NCBI GenBank assembly: GCA_963664705.1
Contig: OY761556.1
Span: forward strand, 5,984,001 to 6,048,000
DNA: 64,000 nucleotides
Source of the DNA: Acidobacteriota bacterium
GTDB taxonomy: Bacteria > Acidobacteriota > UBA6911
Reading direction: 5' to 3'
Part shown: positions 29,745-38,013 of the stretch, piece by piece
Position numbering within the stretch: the stretch's first letter is position 1
How the letters are laid out: each line of letters opens with the position of its first letter
Program-made: the position numbers and the translations under genes
Notes under the pieces: model-generated
Seen by the model: only the letters and a program-made list of their open reading frames with translations
What the model was told of the DNA's origin: nothing
Database searches by the model: none

Positions 29745-30488
29745 CTACCGCCTGGCTGCCTGGGCTTTGGCTTTCGACGTTCCCTCTGCAGTGGCCGGTT
29801 CGCCAAAGACGGCCTGATAGGTTAGTCCGGCCAGGGCAGCTCCCAGAAGAGGTGCAATCCAGAATAACCACAATTGATGAATCGCCCAGCCGCCGACAAA
29901 CAAGGCGGGTCCTGTGCTGCGCGCCGGATTGACCGAGGTATTGGTGATCGGTATCCCGATCAGGTGAATCAAAGTCAGTCCCAGGCCGATCGCAATCGGG
30001 GCAAAGCCCTGGGGCGCACGCTTATCCGTTGAACCGAGAATAATCAGCAGGAACATGAAAGTGAGGACTACCTCGGCAATCAGGCATGCCATCAGGGAGT
30101 AGCCTCCCGGGGAATGGTCCGCATATCCGTTGGATGCGAATCCTCCCGCAAGGGTGAATCCGGTTTTGCCGCTTGCGATGGCAAATAAAACGCCGGCGGC
30201 TATTACAGCTCCAATGATTTGAGCCGCGCAATAGGCCGGTAATTCAGATGCCGGGAATCTCCTGCCAGCCGCCAATCCAACGGAAACCGCCGGATTGAGA
30301 TGACAGCCGGAAATGTGTCCTATCGCATAGGCCATGGTCAAGACAGTCAGTCCAAAGGCAAGTGAAACTCCAGCAAAGCCGATACCCAGCTGGGGGTAAG
30401 CTGCTGCCAGCACGGCACTTCCGCAACCGCCAAAGACAAGCCAGAAAGTCCCAATACATTCTGCACAAGCTCTTTTTGCAAGTGACAT
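29745..30488 (-). CDS. aqpZ: Aquaporin Z
   Basis: [47 protein letters not shown]. Confidence 0.95.
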   Translation of the reverse strand: MSLAKRACAECIGTFWLVFGGCGSAVLAAAYPQLGIGFAGVSLAFGLTVLTMAYAIGHISGCHLNPAVSVGLAAGRRFPASELPAYCAAQIIGAVIAAGVLFAIASGKTGFTLAGGFASNGYADHSPGGYSLMACLIAEVVLTFMFLLIILGSTDKRAPQGFAPIAIGLGLTLIHLIGIPITNTSVNPARSTGPALFVGGWAIHQLWLFWIAPLLGAALAGLTYQAVFGEPATAEGTSKAKAQAARR

Positions 30489-30644
30489 ATGGAATCTCCC
30501 AGAAGTTTTGCCCTGAACACACAATTGGGGTTGAATCCCCCGAAAAATCATATTTGGGAGTCTGACCCCGATTTTCACGATTTTCAAGAGTCGTGATATC
30601 CTCATAGGCGGGTTTAAGTCGCCAAACCTTGGAGAGTATTAGGT

Positions 30645-32483
30645 ATGTCTATCCCGAGTTGTTATGCGGGTAAAATCCTGCTTGTCAATTTAACTGATGG
30701 AAAGCTGAGTGAAGAGGTCCCCGACGAGAGGATCTACCGGGAGTTTGTCGGAGGCAATGGGTTGGGGGTCCGGATCCTTTATGAAAGGATAAAGCCGGGG
30801 ACTGACGCATTGGGTCCCGATAACATTCTGGGATTCGTTGCCGGCAGCTTGACGGGAACAAAGGCACCGGGGAGCGGTCGGCATATGCTGGTCACAAAAT
30901 CTCCTCTCACCGGAACCTGGGCCGAGTCCAATTCCGGAGGAACGTTCGGTCCGGAACTGAAGACTGCCGGCTATGACGCCGTGTTGTTTTATGGCATTTC
31001 TCCGCGTCCCGTGTACCTGCTGATTCGGGATGGCAAAGCCGAATTGAAGGATGCTTCTCATCTTTGGGGACGGGATGCCTACGAAACGCAGGATCTTCTG
31101 CTGCAGGCATTCAACGATCCGAGAATGAAAATTTCGTGCATTGGCCCGGCGGGGGAAGCCGTTTCGCTGCTGGCCGGCGTTGTCAGCGAACGGGGCAGGA
31201 TGGCCGCACGGAATGGCGTGGGTGCCGTGATGGGTTCCAAAAGACTGAAGGCCGTTGCCGTCTCCGGCGGGTATCATGAGATCGTGCCGGCAAACCCGCA
31301 GAAGTTCAATGTCGCCTTTGGACAATTCCTTGCCATCATTCAAAACAACGAGTATGCAAAGGAACTTGCTGCTTCCGGGACCGGCAGCAATATCAGTTTT
31401 CTGGTCTCGATCGGAGATGTCCCGCTAAAGAACTGGCAATTGAGTGGCCTGGACGCCCTCCCCTCCGTCACCAACCTGGATGGCGGCAATATGAACAAAT
31501 ACAAGGTGGGCAATTTCGGATGCTATGCCTGCCCGATCAGTTGTGGCGGCATTATCCGTCAGGAGGCGGGGCCATTTGCCATAAAAGACCAGATGCACCG
31601 GCCGGAGCAGCAAACGCTGGCAGCCTTGGGCGGCATGTTGATGAACGACAATCTCGAGGCGGTCATTAAGGCAAATGATATATGCAATCGATACGGCATC
31701 GACACGATGGGAGTTGGCGGCTGCATTGCGATGGCGATGGAGTGCTACGAACGGGGTCTGATCAGCCGAGAAGAGACTGACGGCATCGACTTGACCTGGG
31801 GAAATGCCGAGGCCATTGTCGCGATGGTGGAGAAGATAGCCAAACGCGAGGGGTTTGGCGCCGTCCTGGCGGACGGATCGGGAAAGGCTGCAGAGAGGAT
31901 CGGAAGAGGATCCGAAAAATATGCCGTGGCTATTCGTGGCAAGAGCCTGGCCTTCCATGATCCGCGCATGTCCCCATCTCTGGGGACTGCCAATATTGCC
32001 GATGCCAATCCCGCCCATCACATGGATAGTCAGATTACCGGGATGATCACGGAAGGGGCCGCGATCGGCTCCGATCCGGCATTGCAGGCTTCCAAGGACA
32101 ATCCGTTCAGGGCCTATGTGATAGGCAGTGCCTATCACCAGTTGTTGAATGCGGCCGGATTGTGCTCCCTCTATACGGTTGCGACCTCCCCGCCTCCTAT
32201 CGCCGAACTGATTGAAGGGGCCTGTGGCTGGGATTTTGGGTGGGAAGCGGCCATGACCGCGGGCCGTCGAATTCTAACGCTGAGGCAGGCTTTCAATGCC
32301 CGGGAGGGATTGACTCCAGACCAGTTTGAGTTGCCTAAACGTATTGCCTCCACCGCCAGAGTGAATTTTTCCGGTTTGAGAGACGGGTATTTTCAGGAGA
32401 TGGGGTGGGACCTCAAATCGGGCAAACCTTCAAAACAGTCGCTCAATGAACTGGGCTTGTCCCAATTGACCTCGGATCTATAA
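30645..32483 (+). CDS. Tungsten-containing aldehyde:ferredoxin oxidoreductase (AOR/WOR family)
   Basis: GKILLVNL, KSPLTG, SNSGG, IGPAGE, GAVMGSKRLKAV, CYACPISC plus GLC 4Fe-4S ligands, GIDT, FNAREG. Confidence 0.92.
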   Translation: MSIPSCYAGKILLVNLTDGKLSEEVPDERIYREFVGGNGLGVRILYERIKPGTDALGPDNILGFVAGSLTGTKAPGSGRHMLVTKSPLTGTWAESNSGGTFGPELKTAGYDAVLFYGISPRPVYLLIRDGKAELKDASHLWGRDAYETQDLLLQAFNDPRMKISCIGPAGEAVSLLAGVVSERGRMAARNGVGAVMGSKRLKAVAVSGGYHEIVPANPQKFNVAFGQFLAIIQNNEYAKELAASGTGSNISFLVSIGDVPLKNWQLSGLDALPSVTNLDGGNMNKYKVGNFGCYACPISCGGIIRQEAGPFAIKDQMHRPEQQTLAALGGMLMNDNLEAVIKANDICNRYGIDTMGVGGCIAMAMECYERGLISREETDGIDLTWGNAEAIVAMVEKIAKREGFGAVLADGSGKAAERIGRGSEKYAVAIRGKSLAFHDPRMSPSLGTANIADANPAHHMDSQITGMITEGAAIGSDPALQASKDNPFRAYVIGSAYHQLLNAAGLCSLYTVATSPPPIAELIEGACGWDFGWEAAMTAGRRILTLRQAFNAREGLTPDQFELPKRIASTARVNFSGLRDGYFQEMGWDLKSGKPSKQSLNELGLSQLTSDL

Positions 32484-32492
32484 AAAACGCGA

Positions 32493-32557
32493 CGTCCTGC
32501 CAACCCTTTTTTAGTGCCGGAGTCTGACCCCCGGTATTGAAAAAAAGGTGGCAGGAC
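32493..32557. terminator. Long inverted repeat between the convergent AOR and selenoprotein genes
   Basis: gtcctgccaaccctttttt ... aaaaaaaggtggcaggac, with an inner ccgg/ccgg stem. Confidence 0.6.
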
Positions 32558-32566
32558 ATCTCGTAT

Positions 32567-34291
32567 TTATCTCCACTTATCCACAGAAGCGCTGGAAAGA
32601 TAGCCGAAATCGGCAGCCTGCCAGAAAAGATTCGTCCCGCCTCCGACCGAAAGGATATGGATGTTGGTCGGACGTGCAATCAGCGGAATCTTTTCCGTGC
32701 GCGGAAGCTTCATCCACGATGCAAAGGGCTCGGCCCCCTGTCTGGCTGTGGGCAGAATGAAGTTTTGCACGCTGTAGTAATTATCCAGCCATTCGCCCAC
32801 TGTCGTTGTGGTGTTCTTGAAAACGTAATCGATCAACTGCTCCTTGGAATTGAATCCTTCTCTTTCCTTGAGCTGCTTGATGATGGTTGGATCCAGCAGC
32901 AGAGTTGCCGGAGAGAATGGGCTGATGAATTTCAGCCAGAACGGAATCTGTTCGGCAAAGGGCTTTCCAAAGCTTTGGTCCGGATGCGTTATTCCCCATC
33001 CGCCAAAAGTACTGACAACGCTTTCCTGCTTTTTAAAACCCTTCTGCACGTGATACGGGTTCCAACCTTCCGGAAGCTCCTCTTCATTTTCAGGCATGCA
33101 CAGGTTGTTATACATGAGGTTGTTGCCCTGGCTGCCCATGTATACCTGGCCGGGATGCGCCCCACCGTCGAGGTTAATAGACATTAGAGTCCAGGCTCTT
33201 CCAATGACGGAATTTGCCTGATTGAACGGACCGAGCGCGCCAATGCCGGCGTTCATCTTTATTTCGTTGCGGATTGGGCCGTTGACCACCACCATTCTGG
33301 CGAACGAGGTGGTGGAGGTGAACACGGACGGGACGCCGGTGGATGCCAAGGCCAGAATGACCGGGAAATGCTCCGGCTTTGCCCCGGCCATTACCGCGTT
33401 GACCGCAACCTGTTCGACGTTGTAGCTCCAGGCAGGGTGAGGCGAAGAAGCCTGCATTTTCCCTACCAGTTCGTCCGGCTTATGGCTTGTCCCCTTCAGC
33501 ATTTCAGCGACTCGAGCTTCGGTCGGCAGCACAATAGGAAGCCCGTCTGTCCATTCATTGTCAAGGAAGAGGCGGGTCAGGTTTTCGGGTGTATCAGGCT
33601 TGACCAGTCTGGGCGTGGGTTGCTCGATGAATCCCTTCTTACTGTCTTCCTCGCTCAGGGGTGTAATCAGGGCCGCGACGATTTCCTGCAAGACGGGTTT
33701 GCCCGTTACAGGGTCGTTCCCCTGCAGGTATTTCCGGCAGGTCTCTGCCGGTACTCCCGTAATCGGGTGCGGAACAAAAGTGAAGCGCTGATTAGGCATA
33801 CCGCGTTTGAAAGTGTAATTTTTAACAAGATCCTGGAAAACTCTTGTAACAACCGGGGCGGTAGGAACTCCAAGTTTTTCGAGTGTCAAACAATGGCCGA
33901 CGACCGACGGCGAGCATGAACTTCAATGCCCGACCCCCATGATGGTTCCGGCGCCCGCTGCCTTTATTTCGGCCCATAACTTTTGATCGTCATCAAAGTA
34001 TGTGCCCGCCTTGGTCCGCACAACGAAATTTGCTTTGGGATATTTTTCGCTAAGCAGCTTCTGCATTTCTGTAAAAAACTGGTGCGTGTCGGTGAATCCG
34101 ATATCGACGATGTAGATAGTTTTCCCGTCGAGGGAGGTAAACCGTGGGGCCATCGGGACTCTCGCGATTGGCGGCGGCTGTCCCATGGGATTCAACACGG
34201 TGATCTTGGGCTCCTGCGCCTGCAGAATCCCGAAGAACGCCGGGACGAAAAAGATGACTGCAAGGTATAAAGCAACCGTTTTCTTTCTCAA
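32567..34291 (-). CDS. Secreted UGSC-family selenoprotein (U-x-x-C); in-frame TGA at 33923-33925 read as Sec; about 574 aa
   Basis: ORFs 33923-34369 and 32567-33889 share a frame and are joined by 11 sense codons: ...MGVGH-TGA-SSCSPSVVGHCLTLEKLGVPTAPVVT. TTG start at 34291 follows AAGGAG and begins a signal peptide. SECIS-like hairpin follows the TGA. Confidence 0.85.
33893..33917 (-). other. Candidate bacterial SECIS element
   Basis: After UGA: aguuc AUG cuc GCCG u C ggUC G u CGGC CAU. The apical loop begins with GG 17 nt after the UGA. Confidence 0.6.
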
Positions 34292-34523
34292 CGTATTTCT
34301 CCTTACCATGAATCGGGCGGTGTTATGCCAGGGGGATACGTGCTTGCCGCAGCCGGCGGATCGCCACAAACCGATTCGGTTTTGCTGGCGATTCGATGCG
34401 GTTTTCCCCGTTCCCGTTTTTCTACTCTATCACCGGAAGACGCCGAATCAGGAACTTTTCTTGGATTCGCGTCGTATCACTACGATAGAATTTCAGGACG
34501 AAACCTTTGCCGGGGAGAGGAAA

Positions 34524-35507
34524 ATGAAACTGCGCAATGCTGCCGTGCTCTCGATTCTAGTGATTCTTGGGATTGCCTGTGTCGGTGCGGTCAGGGCCGT
34601 ATATACCGACGTGTCCGTGAAGGCCTCGGCCCCGGAATTTGCGGCCGGACTGAAGTTTATCCCATCGGACTATCAGTTTGTGTTCGGAGTCAATGTTCAG
34701 AAATTGGCGCAAAGCCGTACCTATTCCAGCTTCCGGCAGGCCAGCCCGGCCAACAAAGATCTCGCCCTCTTTACCGAGAAGACAGGACTGGACCCTGCGC
34801 GGGATATTTACTATCTCGTTGGAGGAGGGAATGGAAAGGAAAAGGCCTCAGGGATCCTGATCGCTTCAGGCGCATTTAATAAAGGTGCCATCATGAACTA
34901 TGCTCGGGCAAAATCGGCGGCAGTGGAACAGTCCTATGCCGGGACTTCCATCCTGGTGTTTGCCGATGCTCCCGGCAATTCCGTTCAAAAGGGGATTGCC
35001 TTCGTGGATGATCAGGAGATTGCCCTTGGAGATGTGGAATCTTTGAAGCTGGTTCTGGATATCAGAGGACAGGAGAACCGGAGCATCCTGAACAACCGGA
35101 CCATGATGTCTCTTGTAAGAAGTGTCGACGCGGACGAAATGTTCTGGTTTGCCGGGGATGCTTTTGGGCTGATCTCCAGCGCTCATTCCCCGGCTCCATT
35201 GGCCGCGCCGCTACAGACCGGCGGTTCCAACATCAAATACATTGTCGGCAGTCTTAATATCGGCGATGCTCTGACGGGAAAGGTCACCGCTACGGCCATT
35301 ACGCCGGAGCAGGCGACCAAGCTGGCCGATGCTGTGCGTGGACTGATTGCCCTGGGGCAGTTTAGCGGAGACAAGAATCCGGCTTTGCGGGGATTGCTCG
35401 GCGGAGTCACGGTGACCCAGAATTCCGACCAGGTCCGTCTGGATTTGAATGTGCCGGCCGATGTGCTGACGAAGATGGGCCAGCGGACTATGGAAAAGCT
35501 GCAGTAA
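34524..35507 (+). CDS. Secreted or membrane-anchored hypothetical protein
   Basis: ATG after GGAGAGG, N-terminal hydrophobic helix, 327 aa. No catalytic motif recognised. Confidence 0.7.
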   Translation: MKLRNAAVLSILVILGIACVGAVRAVYTDVSVKASAPEFAAGLKFIPSDYQFVFGVNVQKLAQSRTYSSFRQASPANKDLALFTEKTGLDPARDIYYLVGGGNGKEKASGILIASGAFNKGAIMNYARAKSAAVEQSYAGTSILVFADAPGNSVQKGIAFVDDQEIALGDVESLKLVLDIRGQENRSILNNRTMMSLVRSVDADEMFWFAGDAFGLISSAHSPAPLAAPLQTGGSNIKYIVGSLNIGDALTGKVTATAITPEQATKLADAVRGLIALGQFSGDKNPALRGLLGGVTVTQNSDQVRLDLNVPADVLTKMGQRTMEKLQ

Positions 35508-35590
35508 TACCTTTATTTGCGGGAGCGCTACCGCACCGGCGGCGCTCCCGGTGGACGCCACTCCATTCCAAGCCGAAAGAGTTCCCTTGC

Positions 35591-36364
35591 TTAACTGTCG
35601 CGCCGGGCGCGTCCGTATCTGATCGAAAGCGGATGCCGCAGCGCGCGGGGCACCAGGGGATAGATTGTCGTAAACAGCCTGTACCGCCAGCCCGGAACCA
35701 CGAACAGCTTGTTCTGCCCCAGACTGTTCAAGGATTTTTCCACTACATACTCCGCCGATGTCCACAGACTGCGCGGGATCATGCGGATATCCATTTCCGC
35801 GCTTTTGTGGAATTCGCTATGGGTGAACCCGGGGCATAAAGCCTGGATGCGCACGGGTGAATTGGCCGCCTTCAATTCGAGGTAAAGGCCTTCCGTGAAG
35901 GCATTGATCCATGTCTTGGTGGCGCAATAGCTGACATTGAAGGGGGTGGCAGTAAAGCCGGCGACCGAAGAGACGTTGATGATATTTCCTGCGCGGTTCT
36001 TCACCATTTTGTGGAGTGCCGCATGCGTGAGCCGTTCGATGGCAATGACATGCAGCCGGTGCATTCTATCCTGGGGTTCCACGGGCACTTCAAAGAACTC
36101 CCCTTGTACGCCGAAGCCAGCATTATTCACCAGGAACTCCAGTTCCGGTTCTGCCTGGATACGCTCTTCGATCCTATGGAGATCGGCGGCCTCCGATAGA
36201 TCTGCCTGGATGATCTCGCAGTTTTTCAGTTCCTCCGCGAGTTTAGCCAGGCGCTCTTTGCGCCGGGCAACCAGAATCAGGTGATATCCTTTGGCGGATA
36301 GCTTTCGTGCAAAAACTTCTCCGATTCCGCTGGATGCTCCCGTAATCAGTGCCAATGCTTTCAT
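35591..36364 (-). CDS. Short-chain dehydrogenase/reductase (SDR)
   Basis: ITGASSGIG, LVNNAGFG, NVSS, YCATK, LCPGFT. Confidence 0.93.
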   Translation of the reverse strand: MKALALITGASSGIGEVFARKLSAKGYHLILVARRKERLAKLAEELKNCEIIQADLSEAADLHRIEERIQAEPELEFLVNNAGFGVQGEFFEVPVEPQDRMHRLHVIAIERLTHAALHKMVKNRAGNIINVSSVAGFTATPFNVSYCATKTWINAFTEGLYLELKAANSPVRIQALCPGFTHSEFHKSAEMDIRMIPRSLWTSAEYVVEKSLNSLGQNKLFVVPGWRYRLFTTIYPLVPRALRHPLSIRYGRARRDS

Positions 36365-36443
36365 GGTCGCCAGGTTTTCCGTATTTAAGATTCGCTGCGG
36401 CTTTTCGCGCTGGTTGCCGCGAATTCTCAAAATTGTGCAAATT

Positions 36444-37238
36444 CTATTTTTTGACTGCGGTCCACGTCTGTTCCCGGCCTTTGGATGTGACGGTTCCTGA
36501 GATGGAATTGCCGTTGACCTGACCGGAGTACTGATCATCCCCGCACTGGAAGCTGATGCGGCTTGCATCCATTTTCCCATTTTTCAGCGGGATTTCCTTT
36601 CCATTCACATTCAGGGTGCCCTGAATTTCCTGGAATTCCTGGGTCATCTTCAATTCGGCATTGCCCGGTGTGGAGGTCCAAACTCCCGCAGCCTTCGCCG
36701 GCACAATCCACAGATAGGCTGTCCGCCCCTCTCTTTCGACCGTTTTGTCGTAATGCCAGTCGCCCATATTGAAGGCGTGGGCAACAATGCGCGTTCCGGG
36801 TTTCAGATTCAGTATGGTCGGACGCAGCTTGAGATTGAGTGCCGGGAGAAGATACATCGTAATGACAGTCGCCTGGCTCAGGTCGGTTTCGAAAAGATCA
36901 GCCTTGGCAAAACTGGCTTTTGAAGAGACTCCCGCTTTTTCGGCGTTGAGTTTGGATAATTCCACCATTTCGGGATTGTATTCAATGCCCATGGCTCGAG
37001 TGCCGCGTTTGGCAGCGGCGATCACAATACGGCCGTCACCGGATCCAAGGTCAATCAAGTAATCCGCCGGCGTAAGATCTGCCAGGTTGAGCATTTCCTG
37101 TACCAGTTCATCCGGCGTCGGCACCCAGATAACATCCTTGCCCTCCTGCCCAACGCTTGGTTCATATTTCTGGGCATTTGCGACAGGCACACAAAACAAG
37201 GCAGCTATGATCAGCCCAGTCCAGATTGCTTTTCTCAT
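36444..37238 (-). CDS. Class I SAM-dependent methyltransferase with signal peptide and C-terminal beta domain
   Basis: DVIWVPTP, IDLGSGDGRIVI, ATVITMYLL, LKPGTRIVAH; N-terminal MRKAIWTGLIIAALFCVPVANA. Confidence 0.88.
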   Translation of the reverse strand: MRKAIWTGLIIAALFCVPVANAQKYEPSVGQEGKDVIWVPTPDELVQEMLNLADLTPADYLIDLGSGDGRIVIAAAKRGTRAMGIEYNPEMVELSKLNAEKAGVSSKASFAKADLFETDLSQATVITMYLLPALNLKLRPTILNLKPGTRIVAHAFNMGDWHYDKTVEREGRTAYLWIVPAKAAGVWTSTPGNAELKMTQEFQEIQGTLNVNGKEIPLKNGKMDASRISFQCGDDQYSGQVNGNSISGTVTSKGREQTWTAVKK

Positions 37239-37300
37239 ATTCACTCCCGTGTTTGTAATTGTCCCCTGGAATCTCAATCTGGATACACAGTGTAAGACAA

Positions 37301-37331
37301 AATGACGAATGACGAAATACGAATGACGAAT
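37301..37331. repeat. 7-mer tandem repeat (AATGACG)
   Basis: aatgacg aatgacg aaatacg aatgacg aat. Confidence 0.8.
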
Positions 37332-37351
37332 CAGCAGTGCCAAAAACAAAA

Positions 37352-37412
37352 ACGCCACGAATTACGCAAATTCCACGAAGGGTATTCGTGCAATTCGTGC
37401 AATTCGTGGCGT
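37352..37412. repeat. GCCACGAAT-family hairpin repeat
   Basis: acgccacgaattacgcaaattccacgaa-gggta-ttcgtgcaattcgtgcaattcgtggcgt. Confidence 0.75.
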
Positions 37413-37463
37413 CCTGTTTTCGGCTTGATTGTTCCCGGAGTCTCCTGCCCTGTCTCGTAATTC

Positions 37464-38003
37464 CTAACAGCGGGAAGCGATCCAGCCGCTGCCGCACAGA
37501 GTAAAGCACTCTCCGCAGGCCCGGCATGAAAGCTCGGCGCCTTCGACAAGGGCCGGTTTCCGTTCGACGCCGCGTCCCTTGAAATAAATTTTGTTCTGCT
37601 TTTTGACGTCAGAGCAATACCGCAGACAAAGTCCGCAGAGACTGCAGTCGGTCATACCGGTTTTGAACCTTGATGAAGTAACGCCGTATTCCTCTGCATA
37701 CAACTGCCACGACGGCCAGAGAAGCTCGATGATCATTTTACGGATCTTTCTCACTTTTTCCGTACTGGTCTGGACCTTCAATCCCTCTTCCGCAGGATAG
37801 ACGCAGGATGCGACCAGTCTCTTCCGTCCCCACTTGGTTTCAATCTCAACCACGCACATGCGACATCCGCCGTAGTCTTCCAGCCTGTCGTCATGGCATA
37901 AGGTTGGAATCTTGATTCCCATCGATCTTGCTACCTGCAGGACGGTTTGACCTTCTTCTGCCTGAACTGCACGGCCATCGATTTCCAGATTTACTTTTTC
38001 CAT
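37464..38003 (-). CDS. HoxU/NuoG-N-terminus-like Fe-S subunit (2Fe-2S plus two 4Fe-4S)
   Basis: IPTLCH..GGCRMCVVE..ASC, then CSLCGLC..C and CRACGEC..C; GAGG RBS. Confidence 0.88.
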   Translation of the reverse strand: MEKVNLEIDGRAVQAEEGQTVLQVARSMGIKIPTLCHDDRLEDYGGCRMCVVEIETKWGRKRLVASCVYPAEEGLKVQTSTEKVRKIRKMIIELLWPSWQLYAEEYGVTSSRFKTGMTDCSLCGLCLRYCSDVKKQNKIYFKGRGVERKPALVEGAELSCRACGECFTLCGSGWIASRC

Positions 38004-38013
38004 GGTGACCTCA

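Noticed and set aside
32567-33889. Treating the 440-aa ORF and 33923-34369 as two genes or as a pseudogene
   Set aside because: Same frame, a single TGA within a U-x-x-C motif, a SECIS-like hairpin and no SD for the internal TTG all favour Sec readthrough.
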